From Planctomycetota bacterium (lineage in GTDB: Bacteria; Planctomycetota; SZUA-567; H5-PLA8), in assembly GCA_045863855.1 (NCBI GenBank), contig BTVV01000022.1, positions 1-64,000 of the forward strand: a stretch of 64,000 nt of DNA, read 5' to 3'. This document shows positions 30,190 through 40,238 of this stretch, piece by piece; the stretch's first letter is position 1, and every line of letters starts with the position of its first letter. The notes under the pieces were generated by a model. It saw nothing but the letters and a program-made list of their open reading frames with translations. It was not told the DNA's origin and made no database searches. Made by a program: the position numbers and the translations under genes.

Positions 30190-30981
30190 ATGCGGCAGTA
30201 CCTCGATCTGATGCGGCATATCCTGGAGCACGGTGAGCGGAAGGAAGACCGCACCGGTACCGGCACCCTCAGCGTCTTCGGCTACCAAATGCGCTTCGAC
30301 CTCGCCGCGGGCTTTCCCGTCCTGACGACGAAGAAACTCCACCTGCGTTCGATCATTCACGAATTGCTCTGGTTCCTGCGCGGCGAAACGAACATCCGCT
30401 ACCTCAAGGAAAACGGTGTCAGCATCTGGGACGATTGGGCCGACGCCAACGGCGAACTCGGCCCGGTCTACGGCAGCCAGTGGCGCAAATGGACCTGCGA
30501 CGGCAAGGTTTACGACCAGATACAGAACGCCGTCGATCTGCTCAAAAAGAATCCCGACTCGCGTCGCATCATCGTCAGTGCTTGGAAGGTCGACGAGATC
30601 GACCGCATGGCGCTCCCGCCGTGCCATTGTCTGTTTCAGTTCTATGTCGCGAACGGAAAGCTCTCCTGCCAGCTCTATCAGCGCAGTTGCGACGTCTTCC
30701 TCGGCGTACCGTTCAACATCGCCAGCTACGCGCTGCTGACGCAGATGATGGCGCAGGCCGTCGGTCTTCAGCCCGGGCATTTCATCCACACGCTCGGCGA
30801 CGCGCACCTGTACCTCAACCACATGGACCAGACCCGCCTGCAACTATCCCGCGAACCGCGCAAGCTCCCGGTGATGAAACTCAACCCCGACATGATGGAT
30901 ATCTTCGGCTTCAAGTACGAGGACTTCACGCTGGAAGGCTACGATCCGCATCCGCATATCAAGGCGCCGGTGGCGGTATGA
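30190..30981 (+). CDS. thyA: Thymidylate synthase
   Basis: [34 protein letters not shown]. Confidence 0.97.
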   Translation: MRQYLDLMRHILEHGERKEDRTGTGTLSVFGYQMRFDLAAGFPVLTTKKLHLRSIIHELLWFLRGETNIRYLKENGVSIWDDWADANGELGPVYGSQWRKWTCDGKVYDQIQNAVDLLKKNPDSRRIIVSAWKVDEIDRMALPPCHCLFQFYVANGKLSCQLYQRSCDVFLGVPFNIASYALLTQMMAQAVGLQPGHFIHTLGDAHLYLNHMDQTRLQLSREPRKLPVMKLNPDMMDIFGFKYEDFTLEGYDPHPHIKAPVAV

Positions 30982-31454
30982 CGCTCAGCCTGATCGCGGC
31001 GCTGGCGGAAAACCGAGTCATCGGACGCGACGGGCAATTGCCTTGGCGCTTGCCCGGCGATCTCAAGCGCTTCAAGCGACTCACCCTGGGTCACCCGGTC
31101 GTGATGGGCCGCAAGACCTTCGATTCCATCGGCCGCCTGCTGCCCGGGCGCGAGAACGTGATCCTGACGCGCCAGCTTGCCTACCAAATGCCCGGTGCGA
31201 CGATCCTGCATACGCCGGAAGCCGTGCTCGAGCGCTTCCGCGAAGCCGGTGAGGTCTTCGTGATCGGCGGGGAAGAGATTTACCGCCTCTTCCTGCCGCG
31301 TGCTCAGAAGCTGTACCTCACGCTCGTGCACCAGACCGTGGACGGCGATGCGTATTTCCCGTCGTTCGAGGCAGACGCATTCGAGGAACTCGAGCGCGAA
31401 CGCATCGAAGAGCCGCTCCCCCACTCGTACGTGACGCTGAGGCGCAAAGCGTGA
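30978..31454 (+). CDS. folA: Dihydrofolate reductase
   Basis: VIG..GQLPW.LP.DL..FK, MGRKTF, LPGR.N, IGG; ATGA overlap with thyA. Confidence 0.95.
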   Translation: MTLSLIAALAENRVIGRDGQLPWRLPGDLKRFKRLTLGHPVVMGRKTFDSIGRLLPGRENVILTRQLAYQMPGATILHTPEAVLERFREAGEVFVIGGEEIYRLFLPRAQKLYLTLVHQTVDGDAYFPSFEADAFEELERERIEEPLPHSYVTLRRKA

Positions 31455-31479
31455 ACCTCGTCCCGGGCGGGCCGCACTC

Positions 31480-33000
31480 ATGACCGGTCGCCTGCGAACT
31501 CGGCCGGGGCGGCGCATCGAAGTCTGGAGCTTCGGCGGGCCTTACTACGAAGCGCTGGTGGCCGATTTTCGCGAGCACTATCCCGACCTCGCCTGGGACC
31601 ATCGCCCGCTCCGCACGCTCGGCGGCTACTACCTCGATGCACTGGTAAAAGAGCTTCAGAGGCCCTGGACGCCGCTGGCCGTCGTCCCCGTGCGCTTTCG
31701 CGACATGGGCGCGCTGATCCGGCGCGGCTGGCTCCGCGCGCTGGACGACTTCTTGCCCCCGCAAACGCGGCAAGCTTACGCCGCCCCAGCGCTCGACCTC
31801 GGACGGAGGCACGGAGTGCTGTACGCCGCGCCCGAAGACTTCGTCCCGTACTCGCTGCTGGCGCACACCGGCGCAAGCCGGTCCGTGCCCGGCACCTGGG
31901 CCGAACTCGAACACCTGCTCGACGCTTCGGCCGGACAGGCGCGAACGCCGATCCTGCGTGTCCAACACGGCGGGCCCACGCACCGCTACGGTTTCCTGCT
32001 CGCCCTTCTGGGCTCCAATGGTTCACGCTTCGATCTGGGTCTGGAAAGCATGCTGCAGGCCCCCGAAGGGCCCATCGCCTGCTACGAATGGACGCGGCGC
32101 ATGATCGCCAAAGGCCATTGGGCCTACCCCGCCGACTTGCATCCCGAGAAGATTCCGACGATGGGGCAGTTCCGCGAGCGCCGCCTGACCTACGTATTGG
32201 GCTGGGCAACCGAACTGACGCGCTGGACCCCCGAAGAATTGAGCGGCGTTCGCGTGCTCCCCTTCCCCCGTGGCCCTGCACGGAAGCCCCCCTGCATACC
32301 TTTCAACGGAACGGGCTGGTGCGTCCCCCACAACACCGCCCACCTGGATCTCGCCCAGGTGCTTTTAGCCGTGCTTACCGATCCCGATCGCGTCCGCGAA
32401 CAGGAACGCTTGGGCGGTACCGCTTTCCCAGCGCTGCGGCGGCTCTGGAACGACCCGCAGATACTCGCGCGCAAACCGTTTTACCGCGATGCCGCGAAGG
32501 CCACGGACACGCAAGCCGCGTACGCGCCCGAATTTCTGGACCGCAACCTGCAATTGCTCGACGAAACCTTTTTCGAAGCGCTGAACCGGGGCGAGTCCGG
32601 AGCCGAATGGCTCGCGCGCTTGGGCCGCGCCAGCCATAAGCTCGCCAGGCAGACCGTAACCCACGGCCTCGTCCGCCGAGCGCTGGACGTGATCGAGGAA
32701 CGGCTCGAACGCATCGCCAGCGTCCGCGAAATCGCCGCGAGCGTCGGCAGGCACCCCGACTACTTGAACCGGGTCTTTCGCAAAGAGCTCGGCATCGGCG
32801 TCAAAACCTACTTCGACCGCCGCCGCATGGAACGCGCCCGCGCCATGCTCGCCGACATTACCCTCAGCATCCGCGAGATCGCGGAGCGCACCGGCTTCGC
32901 CAGCCCGGCCGCCTTCTCCCGCGCCTGCCGCGCCCATTGGGGCGCCAGCCCGCTCCAATTGCGCCGCCAAGACCTCGTCCGCATCCGCCGCGGCGCCTAA
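31480..33000 (+). CDS. Solute-binding-protein-like domain fused to AraC-type HTH regulator
   Basis: SBP_bac_1-like body; C-terminal YLNRVFRKELG...SIREIAERTGF..AFSR. Confidence 0.75.
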   Translation: MTGRLRTRPGRRIEVWSFGGPYYEALVADFREHYPDLAWDHRPLRTLGGYYLDALVKELQRPWTPLAVVPVRFRDMGALIRRGWLRALDDFLPPQTRQAYAAPALDLGRRHGVLYAAPEDFVPYSLLAHTGASRSVPGTWAELEHLLDASAGQARTPILRVQHGGPTHRYGFLLALLGSNGSRFDLGLESMLQAPEGPIACYEWTRRMIAKGHWAYPADLHPEKIPTMGQFRERRLTYVLGWATELTRWTPEELSGVRVLPFPRGPARKPPCIPFNGTGWCVPHNTAHLDLAQVLLAVLTDPDRVREQERLGGTAFPALRRLWNDPQILARKPFYRDAAKATDTQAAYAPEFLDRNLQLLDETFFEALNRGESGAEWLARLGRASHKLARQTVTHGLVRRALDVIEERLERIASVREIAASVGRHPDYLNRVFRKELGIGVKTYFDRRRMERARAMLADITLSIREIAERTGFASPAAFSRACRAHWGASPLQLRRQDLVRIRRGA

Positions 33001-33125
33001 TTTCGACTAAATACGTCGTGATTTGAGGCCATAGGTCGGATAATGCAAACTTATAGCCGACCGTTGAACCGGGCTCGCGGCGTATCCAAGTGCAGAGACC
33101 GGACACGTAACCAGGAGAACCCGCG

Positions 33126-33914
33126 GTGCTCAGCCCAACCCAGATTCAGCGCTTTCACGAAGACGGCTATGCGGTGGTCGACGGAATGCTCACGCCCTCC
33201 GAATGGCACGATCTGCGCGACGCCACCCAACGCATCGTCGCCAACCCCCACGGCCGCGCCAGCGCCGCCGAATACCTCCAGGATCAATACGCCACGCAGT
33301 GGGGCGTTTTCTCCGAACACCTTTGGATCGACGAGGCCACCGCCGAGTCCGCCGTGCTGCGGGTCCGCGACAATCCGCGCGCGCGAGCCGTCGCCTCCGC
33401 GCTGCTGAACGTTGAAGCGAAAGCCTCGCGCATAAGCATGCAGATCATGTACCCGCGCTGCGGCTGCAAGCAGCCCTGGCATCAGGACCACACGCCGGGC
33501 GACCGGAATCTCTGGTGGATCAACTGCATGTACTACCTGGAAGAGATGACGTCCGAAAACGGGAGCCTCCTGGTCGTGCCCGGAAGCCATCGCACGCCGC
33601 TGAATCGGCGCCTGCCCGATTACGGTCCGATCCCCGGCAGCGTGCGCGTCCTGCCTAAGCCCGGCGCGGCGGTCTTTTTCTACATGAGCATCCTGCACGC
33701 CGCCGACGAGCACCTGGGCCCCGAACCCCGCCGCGGCGTCAAGACGCACTACAGCCTCCCGCATATCGACCCGCTCGATCATCGTCACGAACAGCGCTAC
33801 GCGCGCGGCGTGCGCCGGCGCGGGCACGAGATCCTGCGCGCCGACGACGGCGTACACAGCTTCTGGTTTGCCGAAGAAGAGCCCGTTGCGGCCGAAAGGA
33901 ACTCCTATGCGTAA
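33126..33914 (+). CDS. Phytanoyl-CoA dioxygenase family (2OG-Fe(II)) protein
   Basis: FHEDGY, WHQD, ENGSLLVVPGSH, LHAA. Confidence 0.85.
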   Translation: MLSPTQIQRFHEDGYAVVDGMLTPSEWHDLRDATQRIVANPHGRASAAEYLQDQYATQWGVFSEHLWIDEATAESAVLRVRDNPRARAVASALLNVEAKASRISMQIMYPRCGCKQPWHQDHTPGDRNLWWINCMYYLEEMTSENGSLLVVPGSHRTPLNRRLPDYGPIPGSVRVLPKPGAAVFFYMSILHAADEHLGPEPRRGVKTHYSLPHIDPLDHRHEQRYARGVRRRGHEILRADDGVHSFWFAEEEPVAAERNSYA

Positions 33915-35049
33915 CTTTTTACTCCTCATCGCCGGCACGATCGGTCTGTGCGGCGCACTCCAGGCCGCCACCGCCTTAACGCCGCTTCAGGAAATCAAGC
34001 AGTCCGAAACCGTCAACCTCGACTGGGTGCACCGCATCCAGCTCGTCGAAGGATACGCCTTTGTCGTCTCGCATCGCGGTGGAGCCATCCACCTGTATAA
34101 GCGCGATGCGGCGACCGGCGCGCTGGAATACCGCAGTTCCATTCCCATGGCCGAAGAACTGGGACACAAAGGCAGGCATCTGGATGCCTTTCCCGTGCTG
34201 ACCAAGCGCCAAATCATTTATGCCACCGGTTGCTGGACCCACGCGAACAGCAACGCGCACGGTCTGGGGCTCTCCTGGTACCGCTTCGATCCCGAAAAAG
34301 GCACCGCCGCCAAGCTCGGCCGCATCGAATCAGACGCCGGCGTACTTAACGCGCACCCCAGTCGCGACGCGCTGCTGCTCTCCAGCCCCTTCGGAGGTTC
34401 GGTCCAGACCATTGAACTGGATCCGTCCACCGGTGAACCGAAGCTGGGCGAAAAGCTGACCGGGGCCGGCCTCGGCCGGGAACTCATCCCAACGCCGGAC
34501 GGCAAGCACCTGTACAGTTTGCATGGCAAGCATGTGGGCTGCCTGGCCGTCGGCTCGGAAGGCGCGTTGTCCTACGCCGGCACGTCCGCGCTGGACGGCA
34601 TGGAACCCAAGGGAAGCATGCGCGCTACCGCATTGACCTTCTCGCCCGACGGCAAGCACGTCTACATCAACCTCTACGGCTACGGAGTGAAAAACGAGCA
34701 AGGCAAATACTCCGGCTATACCGCCATGGGGCTCTTCGCCCGCGACGCGGCCACCGGCGCGCTCACCTTCGTCCGCAAGCTGACCGTCGACCGCAAGATG
34801 ACCGCCATCAACGCCATCGCGTTCGATCCCGCGGGTACGCGCGGATATTACAGTTCGGGCCCCGAAAACGCCGGCTGCTGCCTCGGCTGGTTCGATCGCG
34901 ACCCTGCCACCGGAGCAGTCACCTTCGGCAGCGTCGCGCCTGGCACAAACCGTGGCGTGGAACACGTCGCGTTCGATCCGAAAAGCGGGGCGGTCTACGC
35001 CGCTGGATCGCATTCCACCAAGTCGATCTTTGTCTTCAGCACGCGCTGA
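33907..35049 (+). CDS. Secreted lactonase-type beta-propeller protein
   Basis: Signal peptide; repeated SPDGKH(L/V)Y and RDAATGAL. Confidence 0.7.
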   Translation: MRNFLLLIAGTIGLCGALQAATALTPLQEIKQSETVNLDWVHRIQLVEGYAFVVSHRGGAIHLYKRDAATGALEYRSSIPMAEELGHKGRHLDAFPVLTKRQIIYATGCWTHANSNAHGLGLSWYRFDPEKGTAAKLGRIESDAGVLNAHPSRDALLLSSPFGGSVQTIELDPSTGEPKLGEKLTGAGLGRELIPTPDGKHLYSLHGKHVGCLAVGSEGALSYAGTSALDGMEPKGSMRATALTFSPDGKHVYINLYGYGVKNEQGKYSGYTAMGLFARDAATGALTFVRKLTVDRKMTAINAIAFDPAGTRGYYSSGPENAGCCLGWFDRDPATGAVTFGSVAPGTNRGVEHVAFDPKSGAVYAAGSHSTKSIFVFSTR

Positions 35050-35066
35050 TTCGAACGGAGCCTCCC

Positions 35067-36335
35067 ATGACCGTTGGACGCTGGACGGCTTTCTGGCTGC
35101 TGCTCGGGTTGGGCGTTGCGCACGCATCGTCCGATGCGCCGCTGCCCGATTGGAACCAGTACCGCGGACCCAAACGCGACGGAGTCAGCCGAGAATCCGC
35201 AGTCTCGACCGATTGGCCCCAGGAAGGACCGCCGGTGTTGTGGAAGGCGCAGGCCGGCAAGGGACCTTGCGGCCTGATCGTGGTCCGCGGGCGCCTCTAC
35301 ACCGCCGGGAATGCCAACGGCCGCGAAGCGCTGGTCTGCTACGAAGCCGCGAACGGTAAAGAGCTTTGGAAGTTCGAGTACGACTCCGGCGATCCTTCGC
35401 CCCAGAATCCGGGGCCCGCGTCCACCCCTGCCGCCGACGAAGCCCGCGTCTTCATGCTTAGCCGCACCGGCCAGCTTCACGCGGTCGAACGCGACACCGG
35501 AAAGCTGATCTGGAAGAAAGATTTCGTGCAGGATTTCGGTGCCAAAAAACCGCCCAACGGCTTCTGCGGCTCACCGCTTCTTTACGGCGCCACGCTTGTC
35601 GTCCCGGTTTGCGGAACGCAGGCCACCGTAGCCGCCTTCGATCGCGCCACCGGCAATATCGTCTGGACCTGGAAAGGCGCCATGTCCAACTACGCCTCGC
35701 CGCTCAGCTTTGCTCTGCCGCAGGGCGGCGAACAGTTGCTCATCGCGAGCGACTTCGGTTATCACGGCCTCGATCCCGCTTCGGGCAAGCAGGTCTGGGC
35801 CTATCGCTGGCCGACCGCCTTTAACATCAACGCCACGCTTCCCGTTGTCGCGGGCGACTCGTTCATCGTTTCGTCCGGATACGGTAAAGGCAGCGCTCGC
35901 TTGAAGCCCGCCAGCGACACCGTGGAGGAAGTCTGGGGCGGGAACAAGAAGGAGATCAAGAACCTGCGCAGCCAGTGCAGCCCCGCCGTGCTCTTCGAAG
36001 GACATCTGTACGGCTACGACGGCGACGGACAAAGCGGAGCCAAGCAGCCGCTCGTCTGCGTCGATGCCGCCAACGGCGAACTGAAATGGAGCAGCGATAA
36101 GATTAAAGGCGCCGGCGCGTTGATGTGTGCCGGGGGCCGGCTGTTGGTGCTCAACCACACCGGCACGCTCGCGTTGATCGAAGCCTCGCCCGAGAGCTAC
36201 CGCGAACTAGCCCGCGCCCAGTTGATCGCGCCCAAATGCTGGCAACCGCCCGTCCTCGTCGGCGGCCGAGTCTACGTACGCAACGAGAACGGCGATCTTG
36301 TCTGCTGCGATCTCGCCCCGTCGGGCAACAAGTAA
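35067..36335 (+). CDS. PQQ-binding-like beta-propeller protein
   Basis: DWNQYRGP.RDG, WP..GP..LW, repeated TGK..W. Confidence 0.85.
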   Translation: MTVGRWTAFWLLLGLGVAHASSDAPLPDWNQYRGPKRDGVSRESAVSTDWPQEGPPVLWKAQAGKGPCGLIVVRGRLYTAGNANGREALVCYEAANGKELWKFEYDSGDPSPQNPGPASTPAADEARVFMLSRTGQLHAVERDTGKLIWKKDFVQDFGAKKPPNGFCGSPLLYGATLVVPVCGTQATVAAFDRATGNIVWTWKGAMSNYASPLSFALPQGGEQLLIASDFGYHGLDPASGKQVWAYRWPTAFNINATLPVVAGDSFIVSSGYGKGSARLKPASDTVEEVWGGNKKEIKNLRSQCSPAVLFEGHLYGYDGDGQSGAKQPLVCVDAANGELKWSSDKIKGAGALMCAGGRLLVLNHTGTLALIEASPESYRELARAQLIAPKCWQPPVLVGGRVYVRNENGDLVCCDLAPSGNK

Positions 36336-36382
36336 GCGCGCTACTGCCGCATAACCGTTTTCAGATTCGCTCGATAGCCCGG

Positions 36383-36415
36383 AAAAAGCAAAACCGCCCC
36401 ACGAAGGAGGCGGTT
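36383..36415 (-). terminator. Intrinsic terminator, probably the original host tRNA terminator
   Basis: Minus strand AACCGCCTCC-TTCG-TGGGGCGGTT then TTGCTTTTT, just downstream of the duplicated tRNA 3' end. Confidence 0.65.
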
Positions 36416-36437
36416 GATCGGCGTCCGGCCCGTCCAC

Positions 36438-36487
36438 GTAAATGGTATACCCGGGAGGATTCGAACCTCCGACCTCAACCTCCGCAG
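36438..36487. repeat. att site, left copy: 50-bp direct repeat equal to the 3' half of tRNA-Arg(GCG)
   Basis: gtaaatggtatacccgggaggattcgaacctccgacctcaacctccgcag, identical to 51777-51826. Confidence 0.95.
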
Positions 36488-36755
36488 ACAAGGCCAAGCA
36501 TCTAACCCCAATCACTCCCTTCACGCATATCCTTACCTCGAAAGGCTTTTGCATAGAATCAAAAACCCGTGGCCGTCATCAGAACAACCCCTAATTAACC
36601 TCAAAAGTGGGACCGTATTTGGCCACTTTCCCGATTTGGCCGAGCTGGCCGAGTTGTGGCCGAGCCTCACGCGCGCCGATCGCGCCGAGATCCTGCGCCG
36701 CGCACACGACCTTGCGGGAGAGAAGAGAGAAGCTCCCCCTCCCCCCTTAAATTGA
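36488..36755 (+). other. Detached 3' end of the integrase gene (in frame with int after circularisation)
   Basis: The att repeat reads VNGIPGRIRTSDLNLRR in both places; this frame stays open for 88 more codons. Confidence 0.7.
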
Positions 36756-36796
36756 TAGATACCAACCCCTTGCGCGCTTTTCGGCCTGCTTTTCCT

Positions 36797-36959
36797 GCAC
36801 ACGAAACACACGAACACCCCCTCCACTAACTATACCTATAATTCATGCTCCTACCCTCACTTACACGATTTCACCTGGATGTTTGGGAGCCTAAGGAAGG
36901 GAATAAATTTGGGTATAGTAAGTGAGGGGGGTATTCGTGTGTTTCGTGTGTTCGTGTGC
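36797..36959. repeat. Imperfect inverted repeat with CACACGAA iterons (candidate replication origin)
   Basis: CACACGAA at 36798 and 36807; TTCGTGTG at 36934, 36943 and 36951; arms also share CCCCC..CACT.ACTATACC; AT-rich. Confidence 0.6.
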
Positions 36960-37098
36960 TGAACTGGAGCCTCACCGAAGGGGAACGGGCCTACGGGGTG
37001 AAGGTGAAGCGCGGCCGGATCCTTGCGTTTCAAGCCAGGGGCCGGATTAGCTAGAATCGTTAGCTGGAACTTTCGGGGAGGGCACAATTTCGCAGACC

Positions 37099-37141
37099 GA
37101 AGCGCGCTCACTTCCATCGGTTTTTTGGCCAGGAAGGACCC
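37099..37141 (-). repeat. 43-bp direct repeat copy 1 (begins GGGTCCTTCC on minus strand; cos-like)
   Basis: 39/43 identical to 37366-37408. Confidence 0.7.
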
Positions 37142-37365
37142 ACGGCGCCGGCCTGGACGGCGGGGGGGCCTGGCGGCGCCCCACGTTCCGAACCGCGTTC
37201 CGTTCAGCCGCGGAACCGCGCGCGCGGGCTTCGATCCGCAAACCCGTCCGCGATCGCCCTTTGTCTGTTAGCTATGAAACGCCGAGCGCCTTCAATGCCA
37301 AGCAGGGGGCGCGTTCCGGAACCAGGAGAACTTTTGAGGGCCTGGGGTCTGGGATGCGAGAAGCT

Positions 37366-37408
37366 GAAGCTCGCTCCCTTCCATCGGTCTTTCGGCCAGG
37401 AAGGACCC
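37366..37408 (-). repeat. 43-bp direct repeat copy 2
   Basis: 39/43 identical to 37099-37141. Confidence 0.7.
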
Positions 37409-37518
37409 GCGCTCATTCCGTCGCACAACGGGACACATCTCGGCGGTCCGTTCGGCAACTCGCATAGAGGGGCGCGGGGCACAGCGCGAGCGCAGACGAC
37501 TGCGCGGGCAAGACGCGC

Positions 37519-38040
37519 TTACTCACCCGCTTCGCCTTCGTTCAACATCCCATGCGGAACGTACGGAACCGACAGCGCGCGCACCAGATCCCAAAGCACC
37601 CCCACCGCGCCATGCAGCGCCAGGACGGACACCAAGCACAGCGCCAGGCCCAACGACGCCCCGGCCTTCGCCAAGACGCACGCCGTTGCGCTCCAGGCCT
37701 CGGGGAGCCACGGCGCCGACCAGACGCACCAGCCCAGCCACAGGACCGCGTACAGCGCCGCGGAATTAAGCAGCCACGACGCGCACCAGAGCCACGCCAG
37801 AGCCCAGCGGCCGGCGATCCGGCGCACACGAATATCGAGCGGCTGCATGGCCACGGCCTCCACCTTGGCCATCGATTGCGCCGCCAGGATCGCCTCTTCG
37901 TTCAGGCGGTCGCGTTCGGCTCGATACGCCTTTTCCTGCAGCGCGCGCAACGCATCGCGCTTGGCCTGCTTCGCCTGGCGCACCGGATCGAGCGGCGCCG
38001 CCTTTTCGTCCAGCTCACCTGCCGCCGTCGCTTCGTTCAT
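37519..38040 (-). CDS. Hypothetical membrane protein (element)
   Basis: Charged helical N-terminus plus hydrophobic C-terminal segments; ATG overlaps the upstream stop. Confidence 0.55.
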   Translation of the reverse strand: MNEATAAGELDEKAAPLDPVRQAKQAKRDALRALQEKAYRAERDRLNEEAILAAQSMAKVEAVAMQPLDIRVRRIAGRWALAWLWCASWLLNSAALYAVLWLGWCVWSAPWLPEAWSATACVLAKAGASLGLALCLVSVLALHGAVGVLWDLVRALSVPYVPHGMLNEGEAGE

Positions 38041-38432
38041 GGCCTTGTGCCTCCATCGAAACGGCCCGCGCGATCGTGCAGCCCCAGCCACGCCCGCGCA
38101 CGCTCGGCCGCCGCGGCGAACCAAGCGCGCCGTATGACCAGCACGCCCCGCGCATCGACGCCGGCCGCCTCGTCCTGAAAGCGCCAGCCCGCGAGCGCGC
38201 CGTACAGGCACACCAGCCACACCGCCGGCGAGAGCGCCACCCATACCAGCCAGGCCGCCAGAGCCGCCGGAACGCGCCACAGACGCCGCCAAGGGGGAAA
38301 GGCGAACCAGGCCCAGCCCGCGACGGCCGCCGAACCTAGGAACAGCACCGCCCCGTACAGGCACAGCACCAACACCAGATAGACGGCCGCCACGAAGGGA
38401 GCCGCCAGCGCGCAAAGCGCCCACGTCTTCAA
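38037..38432 (-). CDS. Hypothetical membrane protein (element)
   Basis: About three hydrophobic segments; TTG start overlaps the upstream stop. Confidence 0.55.
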   Translation of the reverse strand: MKTWALCALAAPFVAAVYLVLVLCLYGAVLFLGSAAVAGWAWFAFPPWRRLWRVPAALAAWLVWVALSPAVWLVCLYGALAGWRFQDEAAGVDARGVLVIRRAWFAAAAERARAWLGLHDRAGRFDGGTRP

Positions 38433-39688
38433 TGGTTAGCCCAAGCCTGCCGGCGCGAGCGGTAGCCCGTCCACGCCGCCGCACTCTGAGCCTGCAGCAC
38501 GTCATGCTTCAATTGCTCCGCCTCCGAACGCGCCGCACGCATATCCGCGGCAGCCTTCTTTCGAACTTCATCGCGCTTTTCAGCCGTGGCCACCTTCTTC
38601 TCAACGGCTTGCTCGGCGTACCCGCGCCGGCGCTGCTGTTCGGCCGCTTCGCCGCCCCACCAATCCGTCATTTTTTCGAACGGATTTCGAAGCGCCATTT
38701 TCGTATTCACATAGTCGCTGTTCATCTGCCGTTCGGGATCGATCGCCTTACTCAGCTCATCATCCAATAGCTGATTGCCTGTCTTCTGGTCGAGCTGCGA
38801 AGTCCACATGCCGCGGCGCTGCCGCTCTTGCTGCAACAACGCTCCCGGGTCCCGGCCAGTCAACGCCTTGAAGTGCTCGCGAGACCGCGAACGCAGCTCG
38901 CCGCGCTTCTTCACTCGATCCGCTACATCTTCGTCCGTACCCGAAATATCCACGTCCATGTATTTCTTCAGCGCGAAGCTGACCGACCCGCGCGCCTCAT
39001 CGGCCGTCGCCTGCATCCGGAGCGCTTCCTTCGTCACCAGGTCCTGGCGTATCCCGTGCTTGCGCGCGGTATCGAAGCGGACGGATTCATTCTGCGCGCG
39101 CTTGACGCCGGCGTCGTGAATCGCAAGCCCGATCTCGCCGCCCGCCATGGCGGCCTCTAGGTAAATCGATCCCATTCGAAGCGCGCCGCGAGTTTTTTGC
39201 AGCGCACGCGCCCCCATGCCGGCATCCAGACCCAGCCGCTGGCCCAGCACCGAACGCGACAACGAGGCCGCAGCCTTATCGGCAAAGTTTTTCAGCACCT
39301 TCGACTGCAACGCCCGCGCCGCTTCGTCCACCACGCTCTTGACGACCCCCAACGATGCCGCGCTCACCGTCCCGCCGCGCGCGGCGGTGTTGGCCATCAT
39401 TTCGATGCCCATGCCGATATTCTGGATCGGATCGATGGAGCTCCTAAATTGCCGCCGCGCGTTGCGCGCCTCCCCGGCGCCAGTCCGCGAGATCCCTAAG
39501 AAGCCGCGCAACGCCTCTGCGTCGCCAGATCGCGCGCCGCCTTGAATCGCGCGCCGCGCCGCGGCGCGAACGTGCGAAGGCACCGAGCCCCCGCCTTTCT
39601 GCATCCGCAGAATCCGCGTACCCAGCCCGCGAAGGATGCCTTCTTCCCGACTGCCCTTGGCCACGTTGCACCGATCCTTTCGAAGCAT
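38429..39688 (-). CDS. Hypothetical helical protein (tape-measure/ejection-protein-like composition)
   Basis: 419-aa Ala/Gly/Arg-rich helical ORF in the leftward operon; function inferred only. Confidence 0.55.
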   Translation of the reverse strand: MLRKDRCNVAKGSREEGILRGLGTRILRMQKGGGSVPSHVRAAARRAIQGGARSGDAEALRGFLGISRTGAGEARNARRQFRSSIDPIQNIGMGIEMMANTAARGGTVSAASLGVVKSVVDEAARALQSKVLKNFADKAAASLSRSVLGQRLGLDAGMGARALQKTRGALRMGSIYLEAAMAGGEIGLAIHDAGVKRAQNESVRFDTARKHGIRQDLVTKEALRMQATADEARGSVSFALKKYMDVDISGTDEDVADRVKKRGELRSRSREHFKALTGRDPGALLQQERQRRGMWTSQLDQKTGNQLLDDELSKAIDPERQMNSDYVNTKMALRNPFEKMTDWWGGEAAEQQRRRGYAEQAVEKKVATAEKRDEVRKKAAADMRAARSEAEQLKHDVLQAQSAAAWTGYRSRRQAWANH

Positions 39689-39736
39689 GCGCCCTTCGAA
39701 GCACGGCGCGTTTTACCCATGCGGGAACCGGCCCGA

Positions 39737-39919
39737 CTACGCGCCCGCGCGCCGCAGGCCTTTGAGGCTCTTGAGCGCCTTCGGTTTCTTGAGCGGCTTC
39801 GGGCGGGCCAGCCCCGCCACCTTGGACCGGAACAAGGCCGCCTGCCCCAGCGGCGACGGCGCGCGCGAACGCGCGCGAACTTCCGCAAATATCCGGGCGC
39901 CACTCAACAGCTTGCGCAT
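39737..39919 (-). CDS. Small basic hypothetical protein
   Basis: 60-aa Lys/Arg-rich ORF co-oriented with the operon. Confidence 0.3.
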   Translation of the reverse strand: MRKLLSGARIFAEVRARSRAPSPLGQAALFRSKVAGLARPKPLKKPKALKSLKGLRRAGA

Positions 39920-40028
39920 CGCCAGGCCCTTTCATTTCAAAGCGGCGGGGCGCGCCGTACGCGGACCCACCCACGCCGCCGCCGGCACACGCCGGCTTAC
40001 TCTTCGCCGCGCACCCTTTCAGACCGGC

Positions 40029-40066
40029 CGGCGGCCCTGCCGGCCTTTTAACCGGCAGGGCCGCCG
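40029..40066. terminator. Strong hairpin (15-bp perfect stem) within the leftward operon
   Basis: cggcggccctgccgg-ccttttaa-ccggcagggccgccg; no clear U-tract. Confidence 0.45.
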
Positions 40067-40238
40067 CAACTTGCCGCTTCTCCCAGCGGTCGGGGCTCAC
40101 GCCTACGCCATCGAAAACGCATCGTGAGCGGCGCGTGTTTTGGGCTAGGAGCTGACGGCCCACAGGGCACGCCAGGGGGGACGCCTCGGGCCGCCACTAC
40201 GCGCTAGGCGGAGCCTCATATCCCCTCGACTAAAATTG

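Noticed and set aside
36438..36487. A second tRNA-Arg gene
   Set aside because: Only the anticodon loop to the 3' end is present; it is the att duplication.
36414..36755. Independent 113-aa gene
   Set aside because: Weak TTG start outside the element; better explained as the detached integrase 3' end.
36760..37420. CRISPR array
   Set aside because: Only two 43-bp copies 267 bp apart plus short iterons; no regular spacers and no cas genes.
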